64,000 bases of DNA from a virus, in UHGV virus genome UHGV-1558314; one strand, written 5' to 3'. Position 1 is the stretch's first letter. Each line of letters starts with the position of its first letter. Of this stretch, positions 1-10,600 are shown in pieces. Position numbers and translations under genes: made by a program. The notes under the pieces were generated by a model. It ran no database searches and was not told where the DNA came from. It worked only from the letters and a program-made list of their open reading frames with translations.

Positions 1-643
1 TCCACTCCCATCTACCAAGGTCAAGATGCGCCTCGATGTATGTAAAGTGTTCAGACTTACGACATTTGCTGACTTTTGCATCATCATGTCGACCCATATT
101 GTCATACCAGCAAATTTCAAGTTTTTTGCCATCTTTTGCTGTGATGACTTTGAATGACTTAGACATCACATTGACAAGTGATGCACCAAGCCCATTAGTG
201 CCAGACAATGCGCCGCGGTCAGCAACAAAATTTGAACCAGACCTCAATGAGCCAAACACCATCTGCGGTATGTACTCATTGTACTCTGGATGCATCACTA
301 CAGGAATACCACCGTTGTCCCATACTGCAAGCTTGCCTGTTTTAGGATTGACTGTGACTGATATGCGATTGACTACTTCTTGTGCATGACTTTGAATGTT
401 ACGTTGACGCTCATCAAAACTGTTATTTATGCACTCATTAAACATTGTGTTCAAGCCAATTGACTGATATGTGTCATAGACACGTCGAATCGGTCTTTCA
501 GCATCTTCATATGGACGATACAACTCACATTCTTGTTCCGCAAGAAATTCAAGCGAACCTATGTACATGCCAGGCTTCAGTAGACAATGCTCGCGCGATG
601 AAAGTTTTTTGAATTTTTCTGTCAGATTGTTTATGTCAGACAT
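1..643 (-). CDS. Type II DNA topoisomerase ATPase subunit (GyrB / T4 gp39-like), 5' complete, 3' end beyond window
   Basis: Hand translation from ATG at 641-643 (minus) gives MSDINNLTEKFKKLSSREHCLLKPGMYIGS...; GHKL motifs seen: PGMYIGS, ECINNSFDE (N box), WDNGGIPV (G1), SGTNGLGASLVNVMS (G2); frame open to position 1; not in ORF track because it runs off the edge. Confidence 0.85.
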   Translation of the reverse strand, partial: MSDINNLTEKFKKLSSREHCLLKPGMYIGSLEFLAEQECELYRPYEDAERPIRRVYDTYQSIGLNTMFNECINNSFDERQRNIQSHAQEVVNRISVTVNPKTGKLAVWDNGGIPVVMHPEYNEYIPQMVFGSLRSGSNFVADRGALSGTNGLGASLVNVMSKSFKVITAKDGKKLEICWYDNMGRHDDAKVSKCRKSEHFTYIEAHLDLGRWEW

Positions 644-673
644 ATCTGTAAATTGAGATGTTTGTATATGTAT

Positions 674-702
674 ATTGTACAACAAGAATGCAAAACTTGC
701 AC
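674..702 (-). promoter_or_regulatory. Sigma70-like promoter (GTGCAA -35 / N17 / TACAAT -10 within GTTGTACAATAT)
   Basis: Plus-strand attgtacaac at 674-683 and ttgcac about 17 nt beyond; about 30 nt upstream of topoisomerase start. Confidence 0.5.
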
Positions 703-830
703 TGAAAATATACACATTTTCACATAACAGCAAGCATAATGCCAAGCACTACTGCAAGACATATCAAACCTATGCCAAGAACAATAAAGTCCAGTATAGA
801 ATACGTGTCATTAGACTGTTTCATAAGTAG

Positions 831-1757
831 TTATCGCAATTGATTCTTTGCAATGAATGCATTGATGTGCTCTGGCTTGCATACAGCACGATAGTAGAGT
901 TCAAATACTCGTTTAGCAGATGGCAATTTGCATGCAGTCAAATCTTTATCTTGCATTACAACACCAGTAATGTACTTAATGTCATGCAGCTCAATGTCTG
1001 AACAATGATGCTTTGCTGCAAACTCAAATGCTTGCTTAACAATTTTTGAGCATTCTGCTGTAGTACATTGCTGAAATGCTGCACAAAACTCTGCATAAGT
1101 GCTGCAGTCATTTTGCAGATGTAATGTAACAGATGATTTCAACATTGCTTCTGTTAAGTACTTTGGCAGCTTGCACAAAAATTTGACATATCTGCACTTG
1201 TCATCTGTCACATGCACATAGCCAGACACTGCAAGCATTCTAACATATCGAACAAGTTCTCTATGCTGTAGCACTGTGCGCAATATGACATTGTTTTGCA
1301 GCAAAATCTCATTGTCAACTGTGCAGTTAAGTGGCAATGTATTGTATGCTACTTTAAGATATGATAGCTTCGTTAATTGTTGTAAGCCATCATAGCCAAC
1401 AAAATCTGCTGGCACAATCAGTGGCAGACTGGCAACAACTTGTCGATTATTTCTGTCAACAATTGTGATTGCTGGGTTTTGCAAGTCAAGCACAGATTTT
1501 GAGCAAAACACTTGCATTGTGTCTTGAACTATGACAAATCCGAAGTTCTTGCACAATTGCATATTGCATGTACGAGCTTCTGCTGCGCTAATTGTTGCAA
1601 TGGGCAATCGTTTGTCGCTACACACATGCATTGGAGTTGGCCATATTGGGTCTGCTCTCAATACAAACACGTGTTTATTGCGGTCATATATTGCAGCAAA
1701 ATCTGCAAGATTGCTGATGTATCTTAAAGTAGTGTTACAAATCCCATTCATATGCAT
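831..1757 (-). CDS. Hypothetical Cys-rich protein (start uncertain; ORF track extends to 1973)
   Basis: Long minus ORF; first ATG compatible with upstream gene stop at 1735 is at 1755-1757 (MHMNGICN...); no recognised motif. Confidence 0.5.
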   Translation of the reverse strand: MHMNGICNTTLRYISNLADFAAIYDRNKHVFVLRADPIWPTPMHVCSDKRLPIATISAAEARTCNMQLCKNFGFVIVQDTMQVFCSKSVLDLQNPAITIVDRNNRQVVASLPLIVPADFVGYDGLQQLTKLSYLKVAYNTLPLNCTVDNEILLQNNVILRTVLQHRELVRYVRMLAVSGYVHVTDDKCRYVKFLCKLPKYLTEAMLKSSVTLHLQNDCSTYAEFCAAFQQCTTAECSKIVKQAFEFAAKHHCSDIELHDIKYITGVVMQDKDLTACKLPSAKRVFELYYRAVCKPEHINAFIAKNQLR

Positions 1758-2568
1758 TGTCTTGTACAGGTCCGCTAATTTGAACATCGAGGCCAAAGCG
1801 CTCAAGATAGCCATCGCAGAAATCAAGCCCATATTTGTTGCACTGTCTGAATGCATACTGGAACTTATCCAAGATTGCCCATAGATAAGGCTTTGAGCCT
1901 TCTGTGGGATATCCACCCTTTCTGTAATGCCACCAGCGCATGATATCATGAAACTCCCAATCTTCTGCTTCACATTCTACTGTAAAGCAGTCATGATATT
2001 TTGCCATCTGAGGCCAGAGTTCAGTATTGATGCGTTGACGAGTTGCTGCGCAGTCATCAAGCAACTCAAGAAACTCTTCAGGCGCATCAATCATGGGCAG
2101 ATTTGCTTCATTGACATCGATTTCTGCATCATTCGACAGCAGCTTTGTGATACGACCATTGTGCTCCGCGATGTCCTCGTAGACTTTTTTGCGTGTTGCA
2201 TCCATAGTCGCAGTCCACTTCGTGCCCTCTTCAATTTTCGGAAGTTGCTTGTCTTTGTTTTCGTTCCATTCAGGTGACTGGTCGAATATCGCCTTGCGAC
2301 GAATGTCTACAAGCTCCAAAAAGAAGGGCTTCGTCAACATAACAGCGTCACCCAGAATTTCTTTTGCTTGTTCAAAGCCCTCAATTTTGATTGAGTCTGC
2401 TGCAGCACAAATCTGCTCCTGAATTTTGTCTGCAGCTTCAAGAATGATGCGAGCTTTTGTTTTGATGTCATAAGATGCAGAATGTAAGCCAAGCTGCTCT
2501 GCGATTTCTACGGAATTTTGAAGACGAGCCTGCATGGCTTCTTCATTGTTCTTCTTTCCTCGTGCCAT
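1735..2568 (-). CDS. Hypothetical protein (277 aa)
   Basis: ORF track 1735..2568, ATG start MARGKKNNEE; acidic, Cys/His-containing C-terminal half; no recognised motif. Confidence 0.6.
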   Translation of the reverse strand: MARGKKNNEEAMQARLQNSVEIAEQLGLHSASYDIKTKARIILEAADKIQEQICAAADSIKIEGFEQAKEILGDAVMLTKPFFLELVDIRRKAIFDQSPEWNENKDKQLPKIEEGTKWTATMDATRKKVYEDIAEHNGRITKLLSNDAEIDVNEANLPMIDAPEEFLELLDDCAATRQRINTELWPQMAKYHDCFTVECEAEDWEFHDIMRWWHYRKGGYPTEGSKPYLWAILDKFQYAFRQCNKYGLDFCDGYLERFGLDVQISGPVQDNAYEWDL

Positions 2569-2843
2569 AATATTGTTGTTTTGCTATATGAGACTTGTTA
2601 TGACTTCAAGCACATGTTCTTTTGAATAGCACTTATCAAACTTATGCTTGAAGTCAATTAGTGACTCAAGCTTTGTTAAGTACCATTGATTGTCATACTT
2701 GAACCAGACTCGAGCATTTGCCGAACATATTGCATGCATTGCAGCATTCTGGTCTTCTTCAGGATTACGTCACTTAGACCCAAAGTAATATTGCAATGTA
2801 ATGCCACATTTATGAATTTCGTGCAATTTCATTTTTATGCTTA

Positions 2844-3098
2844 CTAAAATGTTAACTGTAATGACTTGATATTGACGCATTCAATTTTTAACATGACAAG
2901 CTTATCATGTGCAGCCATTGCGTCATATTTGATGTTTGCAATTTCAAGCTTCTGTGCAATTTTGTATGCAGAGACGCCATCAGTAGATATGCAGATACAG
3001 TTGCCAATGACTACATTTGCTGCATCTGTTATGTTAACTTTGCATGCATTATCATTGTTATCAATGACTTCTATGCATTTGATTGAGCTAAAGTCCAT
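2844..3098 (-). CDS. Hypothetical small protein (84 aa)
   Basis: ORF track only; no motif. Confidence 0.35.
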   Translation of the reverse strand: MDFSSIKCIEVIDNNDNACKVNITDAANVVIGNCICISTDGVSAYKIAQKLEIANIKYDAMAAHDKLVMLKIECVNIKSLQLTF

Positions 3099-3111
3099 AT
3101 TGCGAATGCTT

Positions 3112-3342
3112 TTATTGTGCTGATTTTGCTACATTTGCATATACCATGCCATGACAGCATGGGCATGTCCAATATGCTTCGGGTTCTTCATATGCAGGAC
3201 CTGGTATAGGATTGCCAAGCGTCATGTGTAAATCAGAAGCTTCGATTTCTATAATAGAATTGCACATATAGCAGACCTTTCTGCCAAGTCGTTTATCTAT
3301 TTGTTGCGTAGGTGCTTTGTAGTTGTTTTCAATGATTTTCAT
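3112..3342 (-). CDS. Small zinc-ribbon-like protein (76 aa)
   Basis: CYMC ... CPCCH four-Cys pattern; preceded by AT-rich late-type promoter and AACCTCTAC leader motif. Confidence 0.5.
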   Translation of the reverse strand: MKIIENNYKAPTQQIDKRLGRKVCYMCNSIIEIEASDLHMTLGNPIPGPAYEEPEAYWTCPCCHGMVYANVAKSAQ

Positions 3343-3420
3343 AGATGTAGAGGTTTAGTATATTTGATAGTATATTATTTATAGATATATAATACTACAC
3401 ACTTGCAGATTTTGCACTTA
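3343..3420 (-). promoter_or_regulatory. Late-type AT-rich promoter (TATAAATA-like) with AACCTCTAC leader element
   Basis: Gene-sense reads ...CTATAAATAATATACTATCAAATATACTAAACCTCTACATCT-ATG. Confidence 0.35.
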
Positions 3421-3574
3421 GTTGATAAATAATTTGTAAACATTTTCACAAACTTTTAACAGCTCTTTCGCTTATGAAAACTACTCAACTCTGGTTTGAA
3501 CGCCAGCAGTCAATCGCGGGTGGGCTCTTCGTGCTCCTATCACTACTATTGATGTCAGACTGTATGACTATGAT

Positions 3575-4225
3575 ATGCCGACAAAGGCATACACGACTGG
3601 GACTCATAGCATCGTAGTATACTATGATGGCGGAATTGTTGCAAATGGCAACACACAAAATGGGCGTTGGTACTCATCTCGACTTCAGCTTCAGCAATCA
3701 AAGGGCGCAGTTATCACTATAGCATTGCAAGATGCAAGCATTAGCGGCGTTGGTTGTGCTACTGTGTCATTTTACGCAGATGATGCAAAGATACAAAATG
3801 GCACTATGCATGTCAAACTATATTGTCGTACACAATATGAGTTTGTATGGCCACAAGCATACATGACTCAGTATGTGAATGATTTAATGTATGCTGTTTA
3901 TGTAGAGCCAAGTGACGTAAGATTTAATACAAGAGCTTTTGTCAATTGTTGCGGTTGTGGTCAAGCATTGACTGACAACTTTAATGGAGAACTCTGGGAT
4001 AATGGCTATTCAATTGAAGACACTGACATTATGCAAGCTGACGCAGACGAATGGTGGCCAATGATTAGTAATGCCTATGCAGAATTTCCATACACTGTCA
4101 TAGCATCAAACATTCCGGAAGAGTCTATGGCATCTGGACTTGCAGCTTTTCTGCAAAGTGCTGGTGTTGGCAGTGTTTTCTATGTACAAGCATTGCAGCT
4201 TGGTGAACTTGTAAGTTCATTTTAG
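3575..4225 (+). CDS. Hypothetical protein (216 aa), plus-strand island
   Basis: ORF track; followed by bidirectional terminator; short upstream ORF from ATG 3474 with hydrophobic segment overlaps its start in another frame. Confidence 0.5.
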   Translation: MPTKAYTTGTHSIVVYYDGGIVANGNTQNGRWYSSRLQLQQSKGAVITIALQDASISGVGCATVSFYADDAKIQNGTMHVKLYCRTQYEFVWPQAYMTQYVNDLMYAVYVEPSDVRFNTRAFVNCCGCGQALTDNFNGELWDNGYSIEDTDIMQADADEWWPMISNAYAEFPYTVIASNIPEESMASGLAAFLQSAGVGSVFYVQALQLGELVSSF

Positions 4226-4240
4226 ACTGTAGCATGATAC

Positions 4241-4282
4241 AAAAAGAAAGCCGAACTGAATTTCAGTTCGGCTTTCTTTTTT
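4241..4282. terminator. Bidirectional rho-independent terminator
   Basis: A5 - gaaagccgaactg / cagttcggctttc stem (13 bp) - T6 between convergent genes ending 4225 (+) and 4301 (-). Confidence 0.75.
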
Positions 4283-4300
4283 GCATACGCTTATGCTATG

Positions 4301-7300
4301 TTAGAACAGAGCAATGATGTTGTCAACAAACATAAAGCACTTTTGCAGCAATTCAGCTGTCGGCGTCATCTCATATGCTTTGCCATCATACATAAATCGC
4401 ACAGTGACAATGGGTGACACTTCGTCTTTGAATGCAAGCACAGGAACATCTACACCTGCAGTCAATTGCACTTCAACATCCTTGTCAGCTGCTACATCTT
4501 TAGCAATCACTGCAATATCTTGACAACGACCAGCAGCTACTGCATATCTAACGTTTGTCAATGTAGCAGACATGTCAGCAAGAGCTTGCATGATTTGCTG
4601 TTGAGTAAATTGCTCAACCGACTTCTTTGCAGCCTTGACAGCTTCGATATCTTGCGTATTTGCAAGAATCAATGCTACCACTGCAGGGTCAGAAGTAGTC
4701 CACCAACGACCATCAATTGCAAGCCACAGTCGATTGCCATTGACGTCAATTGCATATGCATATTGAGTGTTTGGCGCCAATGTGACTTTTCGAGTGTTCT
4801 TTAAGAACTCTGCTGCATCAGGTGCTGCAACAATGTTCTTGACAAATGACGGCAGCATTTCAGCTTCAAATGTTTGTGTAGCTTCAAAGACACCGCCACG
4901 TGCATCGTCATCAATTCTGCCTGCAAAGCGTTTGCAGATTTGAATGATTGTAGCCATGCCTACTGTTGGAACGACTTGACGTTTCATTGCAGGCATTTGC
5001 AGAGGCATTGTATCTTGCGCAATGTACAATGATGTCGCATCAACAGTGTCAAGTACTCGTGCAATGTCTGCAGTATCAACAATTACAAACCAGTCGCCAT
5101 CATGGCAGACAATGAGTTGCTTGCTGTCATTTGCATATGTCAGCAATACTGCAATGTCATTTTTGATTGAGATTGCAGGAATCCATGCTTGTTGCAGAGG
5201 TAAGTCAAGATTTGGTGTGCCGCATGGATAAAGCGCAGATGGCTGCATAATTGAGCGGCAATCAAAACCTATTGAACTTACAAGCTGCAGAACTTCGCCA
5301 CGAATGCAAGCATTACTTTGATTCTGTGTCATGTCATATGCAAGCCAACTGCAAATTGCTTTGATTGATGACACTGGAAATGCTACGCCAATTGTGCTGT
5401 ATGCAATCTTGCCGTCTGCTGACAATGACTCATCAACTGCAATGCCAGCATCATTGAACAATGACATATCAATTGAACAATGGAATTCGCCACCAGGCAT
5501 TGGACCTGCAGCAATGCCATAGCCATGACCAAGTGACAGCCATTCTTTCATTGCATCTGAATTGTATGACGAGAACTTGTACAGCACATATGACTTATGC
5601 GGGTCACTAACTGACTTGCGAATCTCCATCTTGGCGCCTGCTTTCTTTGCAATTGCTTTAATGTTATCGGCATGCTTTTTTGCCTCAGACTTGTCAAATT
5701 TGCCTTCATCAAGTTGAGCAATCTTGCCAAGCGCATAAGCAGTCCATGCAATTAACAATTGATTCAGTGCACCAACTTCTGACCACGACTTTTCTGCAAA
5801 CCATGAGCCAAGACCAGATTTGTCAAGGGTTTCTTTGCGTTCAGCTTTTGTTGTGCTGTCCCACCACTTGCCAGTCGCAGGCAATACAATGTCTTTGATT
5901 TGCTCCTTACGAAGCTCATTGACACCAATTTTGCCCTCATGAACATGCGCATTTGCATGATATGCTCTAAGAGCAGCCAACGCAGCATCATATGAGTCAT
6001 AGTCTTGCGGCCAGAATTCCCCATTCTTGCCAATGATGCCCCATACACCCTTTGACTTTTCTTGGATGACAGAGTCTTTGTCACCGGCAGCTTCATTGAC
6101 AAATGCCGTGTTAAGATATGCAATGACATGCTGAAGCTCTTTGTCGTCTGCAGACTCATTGACGTTCTTAGCGTAATCACCAAGAATTGATTCAACTTTG
6201 CCACGCAAATTGCTTGGCATATCATCAAGGTCAAGATTGCCGTACTTCGTAACTTCTGGTTGAGACAATCCAAGCAATTTCAACACCTTATCGCGGTACT
6301 TATTTGCAAGCTTCTTCCAAATCCAGCGGAATGTTACAGCGCCAATCAAGAATTTGATGAGGCCCTCATCAAGTACATGTTGTTCACGCAAATATGCTGT
6401 AATGCATGAACGTTGACCATCAGTCAAGTCAACCCACATTTTATCAAGCAATATTGAATCTGGGTTGCTTGCAATGCCAGCGCCGCTGCGGTTGTACACA
6501 TTCATTCTGTCAATTGCTGGTGTTGCGTCATTGTCCCACCAAGCTTGTGCATATGAACATCCAGCAGGATTTGAGATTGCTTCATTAATGTACATGACAT
6601 TGAAGATTTCGCAAAGACGCTTGCGACATTCAGGTGACATAACTTGCCATTGTGTTGCAATTTTGTCTTCTGACCACTGCAACAGCATGTCTGCAAATTC
6701 TTTACCTGCGCATTGCTCAACTGCACCATGTTTCGAACGCCAATAATTGTCAGGCTCAATTTGTGCAATTGCATGAACAAATGAAGTCAGATTGTATGAC
6801 GCAGATTCGCAAATGCAATGCTGTTCAATGTAGCTACGAACAGCAAGTGCAGTGTCTTCCGGCAAGTTGCTATATGGTGACTCATAGATGTTTGCTTGCT
6901 GATTGAGCATATGTGGAGCAACTTCTGCAATGATTTGTTTGCGAACATTCAATGGCCATGCATTCCATGAAGATTCTACAGATTCATCAAGATGCATGCC
7001 AATTGCATCCATAACTGCATCAGCATCTTTGCCCGACAGTTCGTCAAACAATTTGTCTACTACTGCATAATCATATCGCAAATTTGGCTGAGCCTTTGCA
7101 AGAGCGTCCATCATTGCTTTGCGTTCTTGTTTTGACGCATTATTCCATGTGCCAGCATACAATTCTGCTGTCGCGCTTTCACAGACAATATCTGCAGCAG
7201 CATATGCTTGCTTCATAATGTCCATGAAGATTGACTTCATTTTTGGATGCATCACATGATACTTTTCATTGTAGATGTCAAGTACGCCATAAACATCTTT

Positions 7301-7507
7301 CAATGGTCGAATGCTTTCTGATGAGCCGAATGATGGCTTCAAAATTGAATTGCATACACGTTCAACGGTGCCACGCATAAACTTGACATCACTTCGCTTG
7401 TCACTGATAGACATAAATGCATCAATGACAGACTTGATGTTGTCATCTGCAGCTTCATTGACAAAGCCTACTGGTCGACCGCCAAACTTGTTTGTTTGTG
7501 TTGTCAT
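4301..7507 (-). CDS. Large hypothetical protein (1068 aa) with FVNE motifs; possibly a protease-processed virion protein
   Basis: Long ORF, ATG start MTTQTNKF; contains RPVGFVNEAADD near N-terminus and TAFVNEAAGD internally; no catalytic motif recognised. Confidence 0.8.
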   Translation of the reverse strand: MTTQTNKFGGRPVGFVNEAADDNIKSVIDAFMSISDKRSDVKFMRGTVERVCNSILKPSFGSSESIRPLKDVYGVLDIYNEKYHVMHPKMKSIFMDIMKQAYAAADIVCESATAELYAGTWNNASKQERKAMMDALAKAQPNLRYDYAVVDKLFDELSGKDADAVMDAIGMHLDESVESSWNAWPLNVRKQIIAEVAPHMLNQQANIYESPYSNLPEDTALAVRSYIEQHCICESASYNLTSFVHAIAQIEPDNYWRSKHGAVEQCAGKEFADMLLQWSEDKIATQWQVMSPECRKRLCEIFNVMYINEAISNPAGCSYAQAWWDNDATPAIDRMNVYNRSGAGIASNPDSILLDKMWVDLTDGQRSCITAYLREQHVLDEGLIKFLIGAVTFRWIWKKLANKYRDKVLKLLGLSQPEVTKYGNLDLDDMPSNLRGKVESILGDYAKNVNESADDKELQHVIAYLNTAFVNEAAGDKDSVIQEKSKGVWGIIGKNGEFWPQDYDSYDAALAALRAYHANAHVHEGKIGVNELRKEQIKDIVLPATGKWWDSTTKAERKETLDKSGLGSWFAEKSWSEVGALNQLLIAWTAYALGKIAQLDEGKFDKSEAKKHADNIKAIAKKAGAKMEIRKSVSDPHKSYVLYKFSSYNSDAMKEWLSLGHGYGIAAGPMPGGEFHCSIDMSLFNDAGIAVDESLSADGKIAYSTIGVAFPVSSIKAICSWLAYDMTQNQSNACIRGEVLQLVSSIGFDCRSIMQPSALYPCGTPNLDLPLQQAWIPAISIKNDIAVLLTYANDSKQLIVCHDGDWFVIVDTADIARVLDTVDATSLYIAQDTMPLQMPAMKRQVVPTVGMATIIQICKRFAGRIDDDARGGVFEATQTFEAEMLPSFVKNIVAAPDAAEFLKNTRKVTLAPNTQYAYAIDVNGNRLWLAIDGRWWTTSDPAVVALILANTQDIEAVKAAKKSVEQFTQQQIMQALADMSATLTNVRYAVAAGRCQDIAVIAKDVAADKDVEVQLTAGVDVPVLAFKDEVSPIVTVRFMYDGKAYEMTPTAELLQKCFMFVDNIIALF

Positions 7508-7567
7508 ATATCAACTATTTTGATTGTCAATCAATTGATTTGTTTGTTATATGTATGCAACAATGCA

Positions 7568-7601
7568 AAATGAACCTGCAAATTTCTTCGCAGGTTCATT
7601 T
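7568..7601 (-). terminator. Hairpin terminator downstream of RNR gene
   Basis: aaatgaacctgc / gcaggttcattt 12-bp stem, 10-nt loop. Confidence 0.6.
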
Positions 7602-7619
7602 TGAGTGTGTCATGCAACA

Positions 7620-10600
7620 TCAATTGCATGCTGAATGTCCGCAGTTGGTGCATCGAACACAGCCGTCAAACTTGACCATGTCACCACCGCATTCAGGGCA
7701 CTTTGCATACATTTTTGAGCCATCTTGAATATGCAGTTTCAATGCACGACCAATTGCTTTGCAGAATGTTCCGACAGATGCAAAGCTTTTTGCAGTTTGG
7801 TCGACAATTTCGCCAAGGTCAATACCATTGCGAAGCATCGTTGAGTATAGTCGAGTAATTGTTTGTTGCTCATCTGAACCAAGACGTTCTGATATATTGT
7901 CATAGTGCTGCAAGAATGACAAATTGTCACCAAGCTTGTAGTGCTTCTTATCAGTCTTTGTGATTGTCGTTTGTTCAATGCCTTGCAACTTGTCGAATTC
8001 ATCTTTGTCAAGTTCAAATGCAAAGATTTCATAAGGTCGACCGTCATCACAGCCTACAAGAATACACCACTTGCGCTTATACACTGACACGCAATACACT
8101 GCAGCAGGCAATACTGGTTTTCGTTTTGAGCGATGACCAGATTGCAAGATGTGCGACTTGTCTTTTGACTGCTTGTCATCTTTTACGAGAACACCTGCAC
8201 GTGAGCCGTCTCGATAAATTGTGCAGCCCTTGCAGCCAGATTTCCATGCAGTCATATAAATTTCACGAACGAGTTCTTTTGTTGCAGAGTTTGGAATGTT
8301 GACCGTTACAGAAATTGACGAGTCAATGTATTTTTGCAATGCACCTTGCAGTTTCACCTTGCCAATCCAGTCAACATCTTCAGTAGTTGCCTTGTAGTAT
8401 GGTGATTGAACAAGCAACTCATCAATGACTGCTTGTGGAGCATTTGATAGCCAAGCTTTGATACGAGACATTTCTGCTTCTGACCATTCAATGCCAGTAT
8501 CTTTGACAAGAGTAAATTTGCCATCGCCAAGCTGCAATCGTTTACAAATCCACTGCATCAATGGGTAGTGAACTACAGCATATTCAATGAACTTGTCACC
8601 AGTAGTCTCATCAATGAAGTTGATGTCAGCTTCATTATCAACTGCAGTAGGCTTGCGACGACGTTTATGCAGCGGCATAAAGACAGGTTCAATGCCAGAC
8701 GTTGTCTGAGTCATCAAAGCTGTAGTGCCTGTTGGCGCAATTGTGGTCGTGTTAATGTTTCGACGGCCAAATTGCTGATAAGTTTTGATATGCTCATCAT
8801 CAATCGGTTCAGATAGCATACGCTGTACGAACTTTGACTGCACATCTGTGTCATAGTCGAATATTGCAAATGCGCCACGAATCTTTGCTAAGTCAATCGA
8901 TGCTTCATAAGTAGCCTTTACAAGCCATTGTTGCATAGTGACTGCGAAGTCAATTGACTCTTGTGAACCATAGCGCAAGCCAAGCATTGCCATTGCATCG
9001 CCAAGTGCAAGGAAGCCCATGCCATATCTACGAGTATTTGTCAATTTGTCATAGACTTTGTGCCACAAGTCAAGTTCAGTCTTTTTGATGTCAAAGTCTT
9101 CTTTGTCTGACTGTACCTTTGCAATGATTCGTTGCACTGCTTCAATTTCAAGCTGTACAAGGTCATCCATGATGACTGCACAATCATACGTGTCTTTATA
9201 GAATGTCTCAAAGTCAAATGACGCATCAGCAGTCCAAGGATTAAGCACGTATGCAGTCAAATTGCGATGTGACAAAATGCAGCTTGCATATGCTGCAAGA
9301 GGTTGTTCACCACAATTTAATGTATTGACTACTTGCTTGTCATTGACTGCAATAAAGAAATTGTGGAAGTCTTCTACTGTACCATTGTACACATCTGCTT
9401 TGTTCATGTGACGTGTTGCAACGACTTTGACAATTGTATCACCAGTAGTGTCAATGTCTGCATATTTGCTGCAGCCACCTAATGCTGCACAAGCTTCACA
9501 GCAATATGACTGTTCACGATTGTCATAAGAGATTTCGAATTCTTTACCACAGCACTCGCATTGTTTGATAACTGTATTTCGTTCTGTTTTTACAAGCTCA
9601 TCAGTCTTCAATGCAATTGATAGCTTATCTGCGCTTGGCATATCAATTGCCCACAACGTGTCATTTGTCGCAAGGTCAATTGCATACTTGAAATCACCAT
9701 TAGCAAGTCTGAACTCATGATTTGCTGTGCAATTGATGACATGACCATCATCAAGCACAATCTGAATGATTTGTGCATTGTGTGCAGTCAATCTTGGTCG
9801 ACGCATTGTACGCACAACAAGCTTGCCATTAGCGTCAAGACAATACACTGGAATGTCTTCGCCGTTATCAGCAAGCTCTTTGAATGTCTTCAAGCCTGAG
9901 CCATCAGCAACAAGCACTTTTGTGTCACCAGTGAAGCATGGATTTGTTGAGCGCTCTTCATACATTTTGCCGTATGCTTTCGAGTTCGACTCTTCCATAA
10001 TGCGGTCCCAAAAGAATACACCAGGTTCTGCAGATGCCCATACATTATCAACAATTTTGTCAAACAATGCTTTTGCATCTGATGTCTTATGCAGCTCTTG
10101 ACCATTAGAGCCACGCCAAACATGCTCAAACTGTTGTTCTGCAAGCACTGCACGCATAAATGCATCAGTAAGCTTGATGGAAATGTTTGCGCATGTGATT
10201 TTCGTCAAGTCCTTTTTTGCATCAATGAACTTATCTGCATCAGGATGCTCAATTGACAATGACAACATCAATGCGCCACGCCTGCCATTTTGTGCAACTT
10301 CTTTTGTCGATGTTGAAAAACGTTCCATAAATGACACTACACCAGACGTCGTAACAGCACTGTTATGCACTTCTACGCCTTCTGGACGAATATGTGACAA
10401 ATCATGGCCGACACCACCACGACGTTTCATCAACTGAACTTGTTCTTCATCTATTTTGAAGATGCCGCCATATGAGTCTGCATCATTGCCTATTACATAG
10501 CAATTTGACATTGATGTGTAACCGCCAAGACCAATACCAGCCATTGGAGAACCACCAAGTACAAATCGCTTAAATGGCTCAAGCAAATATGCAAGTCGCT

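Noticed and set aside
36-389. Plus-strand ORF of 117 aa at the window start
   Set aside because: Lies antisense to the minus-strand topoisomerase gene, which has clear GHKL motifs; treated as a shadow ORF
9315-9938. Alternative intein boundary ending at VVN with Thr as +1
   Set aside because: It would leave NPTLNCGEQ instead of the canonical NPCGEQ loop; the boundary after TLN with Cys +1 was preferred, although the missing penultimate His keeps this uncertain
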